Shown here piece by piece: positions 10,629-21,657 of a DNA stretch of 64,000 bases (its first letter is position 1; every line of letters starts with the position of its first letter). This DNA is from an uncultured delta proteobacterium. GTDB lineage: Bacteria > Desulfobacterota > Binatia > UBA9968. The notes under the pieces were generated by a model that saw nothing but the letters and a program-made list of their open reading frames with translations, was not told the DNA's origin and ran no database searches. The position numbers were made by a program, and so were the translations under genes. Location of the stretch: the NCBI GenBank assembly GCA_963745035.1, contig CAVUVW010000013.1, positions 1,280,001 to 1,344,000 of the forward strand, given 5' to 3'.

Positions 10629-11723
10629 GTGAGTAAAGCTCCCCGCATTCTGGCGGTTGATGACAACAAGCAGAATCTGTCGCTGCTCGAGAAGAGCCCT
10701 CACGTCGGCGCAGTACGAAGTCGTAACCGCAGAGGACGGCCCTACGGCGCTCGAACTCATCGGTAAGGCAGCGCCGGACCTTGTTCTGCTCGATGTCATG
10801 ATGCCGGGTATGTCCGGGTACGAGGTTTGCCAGCGTATCCGCGCCAACGAAGCCACTTGCCTCCTTCCGGTCGTGATGTTGACCGCGCTGACCGATGTGG
10901 CCGACCGAATTCGCGGGATCGAAGCAGGCGCCGACGATTTTCTGAGCAAGCCCGTAAATCGGGAAGAGCTCCTGACGCGGGTCAAGTCGCTCCTCGGATC
11001 AAGACGCTCCACGACGACGTCGAGACCAAGAACCATCTGCTCCGCAATCTCTTTGGCCGGTACGTTTCTGCCGATGTGGCGGCCGAGATCGTCGCCGATC
11101 CCGGGCGTCACCTGAAGTTGGGCGGCGACAAGCGCGAAGTCACCATTCTGTTCGGCGATCTTCGTGGATTCACCCCGCTCGCCGAGCAACTCGATCCGCA
11201 GGATGTGGTCGACATCCTCAATAGCTATTTGAAGCTCGTCATCGACACCGTTTTTGAATTTAGCGGCACACTCGACAAATTTCGCGGCGATGGATTCATG
11301 GCGTTCTTCGGCGCGCCCATCGCTCGCGAAGATGATCCCCTTAACGCTGTCCGCTGCGCGCTTGCCATTCAGGAAAGATTGGTGTCCATCGCTTTCACAA
11401 AGTTTCCCGAGGTTCGCCTGCACATGGGTGTCGGCATCAACACCGGCGTCGTCATCGCCGGCAATATCGGCTCTGAACGAAGAACCGATTACACGGTGAT
11501 TGGCAACGAGGTCAACACCGCCCAGCGGTTCGAATCGAATGCCGGGCCGGGACAAATCCTGATCACGGGCAACACCTACGAGCGGGTGAAAGAGGCCGTG
11601 CAGGTTCGCGAGCTTGGTCTTCTACGAGTCACTCGGAAAGCAGGAAGGCGTCCTGGCCTACGATGTGCTCAGTGGAGTGAAGTGAATCTTGTGAATGCGA
11701 TACTCAAACGCTGGAGGAATTAG
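10629..11723 (+). CDS. Receiver domain plus class III adenylate/guanylate cyclase (frameshifted)
   Basis: [18 protein letters not shown] and GADDFLSKP (REC); [21 protein letters not shown] and [16 protein letters not shown] (cyclase). Confidence 0.88.
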
Positions 11724-11726
11724 AAA

Positions 11727-12190
11727 ATGGCATTTGGTTAATCCACGGTCGCGTATCTGCGACCGCCGCTGCGGTCGGACTATGTTTTTGTCGTGTTTGT
11801 CAGCCGGTGGAAGGACGCCATCTGTGTGGGCTGCGCAGGAAGAGCAGTTCACCCCCGAGTTCAAGGAATTGCGCACGCTCCTTCGATCCCAAACATACGC
11901 CGAAAATTACCGCGCCGGACTCCGTCAAGCGCGGACAATGGTTTGACGTCACCGTCAACGATTGGCGCCGGCGGCGAACATCCTTCTCTGAGCGAGCATG
12001 CCATCCGTTATATCGCGCTGTACATCAACACCGCGGAAATCGCACGCATCTATCTTCACCCGGTTTATTCGTTTCCCAAAGTTACATTTACCATCGCGCT
12101 CGATACGGGAGGCTCGCTTCGGGCGATCGCCGAACCGAACCATTCGGCGGGTTGGGAGGCGGCAAAAAAAATCGCCGTGGCTCGCTTAGC
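11727..12190 (+). CDS. Superoxide-reductase-like (SORL/desulfoferrodoxin fold) protein, probably exported; frameshifted, ends approximate
   Basis: GGAGG then ATG at 11727; reconstructed PKHTPKITAPDSVKRGQWFDVTVTIGAGGEHPSLSEHAIRYIALY ... AEPNHSAGWE. Confidence 0.65.
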
Positions 12191-12210
12191 GAGTCACAGC
12201 AAAGCAAGAT

Positions 12211-12938
12211 TCACTTTTTGCCCATCGCCACCGACACCGTCGTGAGTGCTTTATCGGCCACGACGACTTCCTGCGTCATATTGCCTAAAGTTTCCTGCCA
12301 GACCCGCAGCGTGTACTTTCCTGGTGGCACGTTATCCAATGTAAACTCGCCCTGTTCGTTGGTTACTGCGTAGAACGGATGCTCGGCAACCACCACCCAG
12401 CCACGCATCCAGGAATGGAGATCGCAGTCGACCCGAAGCAGTTTCGGGTTGTTTGAAGACGAAGGAAATGCTCCGCGCATGCGGCTGTGCTCGGTTGAAC
12501 GGCGGATTCTCCTTGCCCGTGCTCCGACGTTATGCAGCAACCGATCGCTATTGAGAAACTCCATCGTTCCGCCCACCGGCACGATGACCACGCGCGGCGT
12601 GAACGAGCATTGCTTTTGATCCATCTTCGCGGGCGGGAAATTCCAATCTCGTTTGGCGCCCGGCGGGACATTCTGCAGCGACACGACCGCATTGCGGATG
12701 CCGTTGTTCGAGGAGAGCAGCAAGTCTTCCGGCTCTTTTTCCTTGCCGCAAATATACTGATCGATCGTCACGGCGGATTTTCTTTTTTTCAATCGCCGCG
12801 CCCACGTAGCGGATATTGCCTTTGATGGTCTCGGCGCGCGAAGGACCCGCGATGAAGCACCACTGCGGCGACAAAAACGATGACAAAGAATGGCTTGGCT
12901 CGGCCAGCGCGACAAAACCCGAAGGCCCGTATTTTCAT
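12211..12938 (-). CDS. Secreted cupredoxin-like protein with carboxypeptidase-regulatory-like domain (frameshifted)
   Basis: Signal peptide; DQKQCSFTP, LLHNV, CDLHSWMRGWVVV, GEFTLDNVPPGKYTLRVWQE. Confidence 0.75.
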
Positions 12939-13179
12939 TGATGCACCTCGTTCAAAGTGAATAAAACACAAGCACCTTCATTAGTCCACAAATTCCTCAG
13001 CAAAGCTAGCCTTGGCTCTCGTTGTTCATGGACGGGCCGCGTCGACGTTTCCATTCCGTTGCCTTCATCAATGCTCGATTTGCGCGTCTTGTATCAAATA
13101 CCATTCAGTTATAAATCCCTAGGAAGGTCGAGCGTACAATCTAAGTCGCTCGCCGAATACCGCCAAAAAGGAGAATCGC

Positions 13180-13369
13180 ATGCCAGAGAAAAATGCGCTC
13201 GCGCACCGATTGCGCTATGCTGGAGGGAGCGAGGCTTTCTCCCGCCGAGCTTGAAGTGAGTCGTCAGCGAGATCGAGGATCTGGACGGATTGTGGCGGAG
13301 CTTGAAGAGTTCGCTCAAGGCACTCCCTGGATTTCGCTGCAAGTGCAACCCGCCCGCAAAGGGTCTTGA
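13180..13369 (+). CDS. Small (about 60 aa) protein directly upstream of the amidase; reconstructed across frameshifts
   Basis: AAGGAG RBS then ATG at 13180; ends IVAELEEFAQGTPWISLQVQPARKGS-stop 2 nt before the amidase ATG. Confidence 0.5.
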
Positions 13370-13371
13370 CC

Positions 13372-14800
13372 ATGACTGCCGGCGATATCCTCGAATTGAA
13401 TTTAACCGATCTTGCTCGAAACATTGCGCGAGCCGCGAACTGTCGTCGTCCGAAGGCGGTGAGCGCGGCCCTGGCGCGTCTGGATCAGCTCGAAGGCAAG
13501 CTCAACGCTTTCATCACGGTTCTGCGCGAGCAAGCTCTCGCCGAAGCGAAAAAGGCGGATGAAGAAATCGCTCGCGGCAATTATCGCGGCCCGCTGCACG
13601 GCGTGCCGGTGACGATCAAGGACATGTTCGAGACCGCCGGCGTGCTGACCACAGGCGGATCGAAGATTCTGGCGGATTGGATTCCCGACACGGATTCGGC
13701 ATTTAGTGGAACGATTGCGAAGCGCCGGCGCGATCATCATCGGCAAGACCAATCTCGACGAGTTCGGCCACGGCGGCACGTCGACGCTTTCTCACTTCGG
13801 CCCCGTTCACAATCCCTGGAATATCGACCGCATCGCCGGCGGCTCGAGCGGCGGCTCAGCGGCGGCGGTCGCAAGCGGCATCGGGCCGCTTTCCTACGGC
13901 ACCGAGACCGGCTCTTCGGTGCGCCGGCCCGCATCGTATTGCGGCATCGTCGGCTTCAAGCCCACCTTCGGCATGATCAGCCGGCACGGTTCCTTTCGTG
14001 GCGCCTGGAGTCAAGATCACGTCGGGCTGTTTGCGCGTTCGGTGAAAGATATCACATTGGGTTTCGATCCCGTGGCGGGCTTCGACGCGCGCGATCCGGC
14101 GAGCGTGCATCAAGAGGAGCCGGCGTACGCCGCTCGCCTCGACGGCAACATTAAAGGACTGAAAATCGGCGTGCTCCGCCGTTTTCTCGAAGGCGCGAAC
14201 ACAGAAGTCAGGCAATCTTTCGATCACGCACTCAAAGTTCTCGCCGACGCAAGATGCGAAATAGTCGATCTTGGATATTCCCGAACTGCGATACGCCGCG
14301 ATGACATCCATGCTGACCAGCTCGGCCGAGAGCGCCGGCATCAATCGCCGCTGGTTTCGCGAGCGGCACCAGGACTACGTGCCGCACGTGAGCCGCGGCA
14401 TCGCCGTGGGCATGACGATCACGGCGTCGGAATATTTGACGGCTCAGCGCGCGCGCCACAAAATCCGCATAGGCGATGCGCAGGGCCTACGAGGCGTCCA
14501 AATCATCGCCTCGCCGACAACCGCGCAGAGTCGCGCCGCTGCTGTCGGACGGCGTCAAAGGCAACGGCGATGACACGCGCCATGCGAGCTACAATCATTC
14601 CAATCTGTTGCGCTTCCCGAGCATGCTCGGATTGCCCGGTTGCTCGCTGCCCTGCGGCGTGAACTCGGAAAGTTTACCGATCGGTCATGCAGCTCATCGG
14701 AGCTTGGTTCACCGATCAAACCGTTTTGAATACGGCTCTCGCCTACCAGAACGCGACGGACTGGCATATGCGCCGACCTAACATCATCAACACAGTGTGA
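13372..14800 (+). CDS. Amidase-signature family protein (GatA-like; frameshifted)
   Basis: GPLHGVPVTIKD, IIGKTNLDEF, GGSSGGSAAAVA, GTETGSSVRRPA, GLPGCSLPCG. Confidence 0.9.
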
Positions 14801-15095
14801 GCAACCATCGAAGTTGTAAGCGCTCCTTCCGGCGCTAGCTCGCGCATTGAGCACGAACGCGGAAATCGCTTGGTTGTGGCGCATCCCCGAGAGCCGTTGG
14901 TTCGAAGAATCTCGCCTGGAAAATTCGTCCCGAATGAATGGGAAGGATCTGCTGTCAATTGAGTCCCCTCGCCGGTCGATTTAGTTGACTCTAAGCTCCC
15001 GAACGGGTAGGTTTCGCGCGGGCTGATACATCGAATGTTGTGTCATGCATTTCAAAGTGTTTAGATTTTCAAATCCGCTTTTGAGGAGGACGGAT

Positions 15096-16148
15096 ATGCA
15101 AACTGGCGTTCGCCGAATTTGGCTTGTCGGCGCTGTTTTGATCATCGGGTCGGGCGCGCCCGCCGCCGCGCAGACGCCGTACTATCAGGGAAAAACCATT
15201 AAACTGATTCAGGGCCGGGAGGCGGGCGGCTCCGGGGATATAAGATCGAAAGCCGTCATGCCGTTCTTGACGAAATACATTCCGGGAAATCCCACGATCA
15301 TCAATGAGTTCATGCCGGGCGGCGGCGGGCGCAAGGCGGCCAACTTCCTCTTCGGCAGCGCGCGCCCGGACGGTCTCACGATCGGCCACGTGAGCAGCGG
15401 CATCGTCACCAGCGCCGTGCTCGGCGAGGCGGGCGTACAATATGACATCGACAAATTCCATTGGCTGGGCGCCACCGACAACGCGTTTCACTACGCGTTT
15501 TTCACACGCAAAGAACTGGGTCTGAGCACGATCGAGAAGCTGCGAGCCCATCCAGGATTGAGAATCGGCGCGACGTCCATAGGTCATACCACCTATACTT
15601 ACGGGCGCACTTTTGCCTGGCTGCTCGGGCTCAAAGATCCGAGGTTCGTGCTCGGCTATTCATCCCTCGAAGTCGACGTCGCGATGGCGCGCGGCGAGCT
15701 GGATGCGCGCAGCAACAACACCGCCGAAGTGATCCGGCGAAACCGCGATGCGGTGAAGAAGGGCCTCTTCGATTTCGCGGCGATCCTGAAAATACCCAGG
15801 GAAGATAAAGAGCCGCAATTCGATCATATTCAGGAGATCGACGCTTTCGCGAAATCGGAAAGAGACCGCCGATTCTTGGCCTTGACCCGAGCCACGAGAT
15901 CGGTCGGCACGCCTTATCTGCTTCCTCCGAACACGCCGAAGGAACAAGTGCAGATTCTACGCGAGGCGATGAAGAAGACTTTTCAAGATCCGGAGTTTCA
16001 AAAGGAGTTCAAGAAACTGAGTGGCGATGATCTCGGCGCGCTGATGCCCGAGACCCAGGAAGAAATCATCAGGTCGGTGCCGCGCGACGCGGAAACCATC
16101 GAGCTTTTCAAATTGATCAACGGCAATCAGCCGCTGCCGGCCCGCTAG
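15096..16148 (+). CDS. TctC/Bug-like substrate-binding protein
   Basis: GAGGAGG RBS; YYQGKTIKLI, MPGGGG, ARPDGLTIG, LPPNTPKEQVQILR. Confidence 0.85.
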   Translation: MQTGVRRIWLVGAVLIIGSGAPAAAQTPYYQGKTIKLIQGREAGGSGDIRSKAVMPFLTKYIPGNPTIINEFMPGGGGRKAANFLFGSARPDGLTIGHVSSGIVTSAVLGEAGVQYDIDKFHWLGATDNAFHYAFFTRKELGLSTIEKLRAHPGLRIGATSIGHTTYTYGRTFAWLLGLKDPRFVLGYSSLEVDVAMARGELDARSNNTAEVIRRNRDAVKKGLFDFAAILKIPREDKEPQFDHIQEIDAFAKSERDRRFLALTRATRSVGTPYLLPPNTPKEQVQILREAMKKTFQDPEFQKEFKKLSGDDLGALMPETQEEIIRSVPRDAETIELFKLINGNQPLPAR

Positions 16149-16159
16149 CGCCAACGAAC

Positions 16160-18539
16160 TTACTTCTTCACCTTGGCGCGCTCCAGCGCTAAGGCGATGG
16201 CGCCGCTGGGCTTAATCTCGGAGCGCGCCGGTGCGTGCTTCGGCTCCGGCCGCTGCTCGCTGCGCGGCCTTCCGATTTTCCGGCCGATCGTTGGAGCGCA
16301 AAGCGGGATTCGACGGTTCGTCGAGGCGCATGGTCAGCGAGATGCGTTGGCGCTTCTCGTCGACTTCCATCACTTTTACTTTGACGATCTGTCCTGGCCT
16401 GACAATCTCGTGGGGGTCCTTGACGAACTTATTCGCCAACTGCGACACGTGCACCAAGCCGTCCTGGTGCACGCCGATGTCGACAAACGCGCCGAAGGCG
16501 GCGACGTTAGTCACTACCCCTTCGAGGATCATGCCCGCGTTGCAAGTCGGCGAGCGATTCGACGCCTTCCTGAAACGCCGCTGTCTTGAATTCCGGTCGC
16601 GGATCGCGGCCCGGTTTTTCCAGCTCCGCGAGAATATCGCGCACCGTCGGGACGCCGAACTGGTCGTCCGTGAAATCTTCGGGCGCCAGGCTCTTCAGCA
16701 CGCCAGACTGCCCCATCACTTGGCCGATGCTTTTGCCGATGCGCGCGAGAATGCGCTCGACCACCGGATAGGCCTCGGGGTGGACCGCCGAGCGGTCAAG
16801 CGGACTGTCACCGCCGTTGATGCGCAAGAAGCCCGCTGCCTGCTCGAAAGTTTTGTCGCCCAGGCGCGGCACTTTACGCATGATCCTGCGATTGGTGAAC
16901 GGGCCGTTGGCGTTGCGGTATTCGACGATGTTTTTCGCCAGCGCGCTGTTCAGTCCCGACACACGCGCGAGCAGCGGCGCCGAAGCGGTGTTCACGTCCA
17001 CGCCCACCGCGTTGACGCAGTCTTCGACCGTGGCGTCAAGCGAGCGCGCCAACGCGCGCTGATTGACGTCGTGTTGATATTGGCCGACGCCGATCGACTT
17101 GGGATCGATTTTCACCAGTTCGGCCAGCGGATCCTGCAAACGCCGCGCGATCGACACCGCGCCGCGCAGGCTCACGTCGAGCTCAGGGAATTCGGCGGCG
17201 GCGAAGGCCGATGCCGAATAGACCGACGCGCCCGCTTCGCTGACGACGATCTTGTTCACTTTTCGTTCCGGCATCTTCGATGCGATCAGCTTGATCACTT
17301 CGATGGCGAGCTTGTCGGTCTCGCGGCTGGCGGTACCGTTACCGATGGAGATCAACTCGACGTTATGCTGCACGATCATGCGCGCCAGCGTCGCGAGCGA
17401 GCCCTGCCAATCGTTGCGCGGCTGGTGCGGATAGATAGTCGTCGTCTCCAGCAGCTTGCCGGTGGCATCGACCACCGCAACTTTGCAGCCCGGTGCGAAT
17501 GCCGGGGTCGAGGCCGAGCACCGCCTTTGGACCTGCCGGGGCGGCCAGCAGTAGCTCGTGCAGGTTGCGGCCGAAGATTTTGATCGCTTCCGCCTCCGCC
17601 GCTTCGCGCAACTGCATCAAGCAGCTCGCTGCTGATGTGCGCGTGCGCTCTGACACGCCAAGTCCACTGGCAGACGTCCAGCAACCACTTGTCCGCCGCA
17701 CGGCCCCGGTCTTCGATGCGAAAATGTGTCGCGATCATGGCGGCGCAAGGATGCGGCACGACAGCTTCGAGCTCTTCGCTCAGACCCAGGCTGATCGTCA
17801 AAATTTCCAGAGCTTGGCCGCGGAACAGCGCGAGAGCGCGATGCGAAGGGATAGTGCGGATCGTTTCCGAATAATCGTAGTAGTCGCGAAACTTCTCCGC
17901 CTCGGCAGTTTCCTTTCCTTTGGCGACTTTAGAAGTAACGATGCCTTGCTCCCACATGCGAGCGCGCAGTTTAGCGAGCAGCTCCGCCGTTTCGGCAAAA
18001 CGCTCGACGAGAATATCGCGCGCGCCGTCCAGCGCCGTTTTGACGTCCGGCACGCCGTTCTCGGCGGCCGGCTTGGCGTTGACATACTTCGCCGCTTCCG
18101 TCTGCGGATCGAGCCTGGGATCGCTGAACAGCGCATCGGCCAGCGGCTCCAATCCGGCTTCGCGCGCGATTTGCGCCCGCGTGCGCCGCTTGGGCTTATA
18201 GGGTAAGTAAAGATCTTCCAGCGCCTGCTTGGTCGCCGCCGCCTCGACGGCGCCGCGTAATTCGTCCGTGAGCTTTCCCTGCTCCTCGATCGATGCCAGG
18301 ATCACCGCGCGCCGCTCTTCCAACTCGCGCAGATAAAGCAGCCGCTCCTCGAGATTGCGCAGCTGCGTGTCATCGAGATTGCCGGTGACTTCCTTGCGAT
18401 AGCGCGCAATAAACGGCACCGTCGCACCCTCATCGAGCAGCGCCACCGTCGCCGCGACCTGCGCGCCGCCGACGTTGAGCTCTTTGGCGATAGTTTGAAC
18501 GATCTTGACCTGTGATACTTCGGTATTTGCCTGAGTCAT
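16160..18539 (-). CDS. tex: Tex family RNA-binding transcription accessory protein (frameshifted)
   Basis: [65 protein letters not shown]-terminal S1 domain [16 protein letters not shown]. Confidence 0.95.
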
Positions 18540-18795
18540 TGGAATTAACGTCTAGTGTAACAAAATTCGCGAGTGAAACCGGGTGGTCAATCGCGATGTA
18601 TTTTCCCAGAAAGACAAGTTTTCAAAGTGACGACATCTATCGCCGCGAACGGCATCGTGATTATGCTGATCTTGTACCGTCTTCGCAAACGTCGGATCCC
18701 GTCCATTTGGCGAGAAACTGTCCTTAAAGATTTGAGAGTTGATTCATAGAAAACAAAGGAACAGTTCGTGTTCCTCCGAACCTATCGGTAGGCGC

Positions 18796-19773
18796 CTATC
18801 GATAAAGTTTCTCGGCAAACCCAGATTTATGAATATCTTCAAGCAAGGATAGATCCGAAAAGTCGGTGACTTTAACTTCTTTCGCTTTGGGATGAATCCG
18901 TGCGATGAAGTCGAGAGTGAAGCGCACCGACTCCGGATCGGGACGTAAATTTTTTTCCACGCGCCCGGTGATTTCACTGTAAAAGAACTCAATGACCTTC
19001 GGATCGCGGGCGCCGAGGTAATCGGAAAATATCATGATAGTCTCCCGCTTGTTGGTGAGCAGGAAATGAATGCCTTCCATGTATCCCTTCAAGAATCGAA
19101 CAAGCTTATCTCTGTTGGCGGCTACAAAATCATTCTTGACGTTAATGCCGCCGGCGATGACCGGCGCATCGATTTTGGCGAGAAATTTCATGCCGCTCTC
19201 CCCGGCGACCATATCGTAGGGCGGAGTGATCATGGCGGCGATCACGAGTCCTTTCTCCAGGGCCGCCACCCGGGCGCTCGGGCTCCCTCCAATGGGCAAA
19301 AACTTGACCTCTTTTTCCGGATCGATGCCGTTGTCGAGGAGCAGCTTAGACAAGCGCAATTCCAGCGAACTGAATCCCTGGCTGCCGATACCGATAACCT
19401 TGCCTTTGAGCTGTTTAATCGAATCGACATTTTGTCGCGCCACGAGAGACGAGCCCAGCGAGTTGGTCGTCACGCCCAGGCGCAAGACATTGGCGCCTTT
19501 TAAATTGGCGAGGATGGTGGACGTGTCCGAGCCGATGACGACGTCCAAGCTACCGCTGAGCAACGTAGGTATGATGACGGCGCCTGACAACAAGATGAGC
19601 TCCACGTCGAGATCATACTTTTTCCAAAACCCTTTTTTTGCCGCGACCCAGGTGGGACTCAAGGCGGTCGCCAATGAAGGAAAGCCGACACGCAGTCTGT
19701 CGGCGCCCACGACGATCGCCGATGAACCCGCAAGGTAGCCGATGAGACAGATCGAGAAGAGCGCGCGCCGCAT
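18796..19773 (-). CDS. ABC-type substrate-binding protein, NMT1/SsuA-like
   Basis: Signal peptide; KGFWKKYDLDVELI, QLKGKVIGI. Confidence 0.85.
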   Translation of the reverse strand: MRRALFSICLIGYLAGSSAIVVGADRLRVGFPSLATALSPTWVAAKKGFWKKYDLDVELILLSGAVIIPTLLSGSLDVVIGSDTSTILANLKGANVLRLGVTTNSLGSSLVARQNVDSIKQLKGKVIGIGSQGFSSLELRLSKLLLDNGIDPEKEVKFLPIGGSPSARVAALEKGLVIAAMITPPYDMVAGESGMKFLAKIDAPVIAGGINVKNDFVAANRDKLVRFLKGYMEGIHFLLTNKRETIMIFSDYLGARDPKVIEFFYSEITGRVEKNLRPDPESVRFTLDFIARIHPKAKEVKVTDFSDLSLLEDIHKSGFAEKLYR

Positions 19774-19951
19774 GACAATGGACCTTTTTTACTTTGAGGC
19801 TAAATTAGCGAAGATTCCTACTGCCGCCACGCAACCAATTCCGCCACCGATAACCTGAGCGCTTTCTCGGTTCTCTCCAAGGTTTCGAGAGTGACTCGAT
19901 GCTTCGCCACTTCGATGCGCGGCTCCAGATGACAAGTTGCTTATTATAGTC

Positions 19952-19986
19952 GTCATTCCGAGCGGAAGCGAGGAGTCTTTCTCGAT
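19952..19986 (+). repeat. REP-like intergenic repeat (GTCATTCCGAGCG..GCGAG type)
   Basis: GTCATTCCGAGCGGAAGCGAGGAGTCTTTCT closely resembles the reverse complement of 46101-46128. Confidence 0.6.
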
Positions 19987-20093
19987 TTAAGGGCTACGGC
20001 CGATTGCGAATGAAGCACTACCGACCGCGGAAGTTGCAAGAGCGCACGCTCGAAGGTAAGTTCTTAAACGCGAGACAGGACGCGCCGTCGGAC

Positions 20094-21575
20094 ATGAATA
20101 TCAAAATCGTTTTCAAAATAGTGTGGCTGCTGGCGAGCGCTGCGCTGATTTACAGCTGCGTCAGCGAGATTGTTCCGGCAACCGGAGAAAAGCGCTTTCT
20201 CGGGTATAGCTGGCAGCAGGAAACCGAGATCGGCAAGCAAGCGAGCAAGCAGATATCGGCGCTTTTTGGCGTTTACCGCGATCCCAAACTGCAACGCTAC
20301 GTCACCGACGTCGGCAACCGGGTTCTCGCCACCAGTCATCTCCGGCGGCCGGGCGCGGAAGAGCAGTTTCGCAACACTCCCGTCACCTTCGGCGTGCTCG
20401 ACAGTCCGGTGATCAACGCGATGGCGCTGCCGGGCGGCTATATTTACGTCACGCGCGGGATGCTCGCCCACCTCAGCAGCGAGGATCAGCTCGCCACCGT
20501 GCTCGCGCACGAGATCGGTCACGTCACCGCGCGCCACGCGGCGCGGCAGGCGTGGCAGCAGCAAATCGGCCAGGGCCTGCTTCTCGGCGGCGCGGCTCTC
20601 GGTCAGGGTTTCGGGCTGCCGGCTCAGGAGATTTTAAATCTTGGCGGCATGGCCGCGCAGCTGCTCTTTCTGCGCTACAGCCGCGAAGATGAATTGGAAG
20701 CGGACAAGCTGGGCGTCGAGTACAGCTCGGCGGCCGGCTACGACTCGCGCGAGGTCATCCCGTTTTTTCAGACTCTCAGCCGCATTCAAGAAAAGGAAGG
20801 TCAGGGCATGCCGAGCTTCCTCGCCACGCATCCCGACCCAGGAGCGCGCGTGCAGCGCATTCGCGAGTTGACCGGCGCAGCGCCCGCCCGGCGGCCGGAG
20901 CCTGCCGATGCGCGCTACATGAACACGATCGAAAATTTGGTCGTCGGCGAAGATCCGAGACAGGGCTTCGTCGAAGGCAACACGTTCTATCATCCGGATT
21001 TGCGCTTCCGCTTCCCCGTGCCGCGCGGCTTCAAAGTCGTCAATCAACCGACGCAAGTGGTGATGGTCGAGGGGCAGAACCGCGCGATGTTGGGCTTCGC
21101 CTCGACGGGTGAGAAATCTCTCGAAACCGCCGCTTCGAAGTTCATGAACCAGCAGGGCTTGCGCGTGGTCGAGCGCGGGCCGATGCGCTCCAACGGGCTG
21201 CCGGCGTACGCCGGGATCGCCGACGCCCAGATGCAAAACGGCCAGATCGTCAGACTGATCGTCTATTTCGTCGAGTTCCGCGGCAGCGTTTATCAATTCG
21301 TCGGCTACGCCGGCCAGCAGGCGTTCCAGGCCTATCGCGGCGCGTTTCTCCAAACCATGCAGGGATTCGGCGAAATTCAAGATGCGCGCATCTTGAGCCG
21401 CCAGCCGATCCGGCTGGGACTGCAATCCGTTTCGCGGTCGGCGCCGTTTCAGGACCTGATTCCCCGGAGCTTTCCCGCTCCGCTGACGGCCCAAGACGTG
21501 GCGATTTTGAATCAAGTGGAGCTCACCCAGCAAATCGGCCCGGGAAAAATCCTCAAAATCCCGGGGGCGCGCTGA
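20094..21575 (+). CDS. M48 family Zn metalloprotease, probable lipoprotein
   Basis: LIYSC lipobox-like segment, INAMALPGGYIYV, HEIGH (HExxH), YSREDELEAD, THPDP. Confidence 0.92.
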   Translation: MNIKIVFKIVWLLASAALIYSCVSEIVPATGEKRFLGYSWQQETEIGKQASKQISALFGVYRDPKLQRYVTDVGNRVLATSHLRRPGAEEQFRNTPVTFGVLDSPVINAMALPGGYIYVTRGMLAHLSSEDQLATVLAHEIGHVTARHAARQAWQQQIGQGLLLGGAALGQGFGLPAQEILNLGGMAAQLLFLRYSREDELEADKLGVEYSSAAGYDSREVIPFFQTLSRIQEKEGQGMPSFLATHPDPGARVQRIRELTGAAPARRPEPADARYMNTIENLVVGEDPRQGFVEGNTFYHPDLRFRFPVPRGFKVVNQPTQVVMVEGQNRAMLGFASTGEKSLETAASKFMNQQGLRVVERGPMRSNGLPAYAGIADAQMQNGQIVRLIVYFVEFRGSVYQFVGYAGQQAFQAYRGAFLQTMQGFGEIQDARILSRQPIRLGLQSVSRSAPFQDLIPRSFPAPLTAQDVAILNQVELTQQIGPGKILKIPGAR

Positions 21576-21657
21576 AAGCTGCTTCACTCGCGAAAACCGG
21601 AGCAATCTTAACTCGCCCCAGCACCAGCTGGTGGTGAAAACGCGCGGCTCTTTGTGC

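Noticed and set aside
9898-10632. Apparent kinase-receiver hybrid fusion
   Set aside because: The receiver has its own ATG and GAGG RBS at 10231 in an indel-rich region, so the fusion is probably an artefact
9933-11555. 540 aa ORF on the - strand
   Set aside because: Antisense to the kinase, regulator and cyclase genes, which carry the real motifs
13372-14800. gatA of the tRNA amidotransferase
   Set aside because: No gatB is adjacent and the signature is divergent (GTETGSSVR), so it is called a generic amidase
16160-18539. Programmed frameshifting in tex or other split genes
   Set aside because: Several shifts per gene at positions with no consistent slippery motif; sequencing error is the simpler explanation
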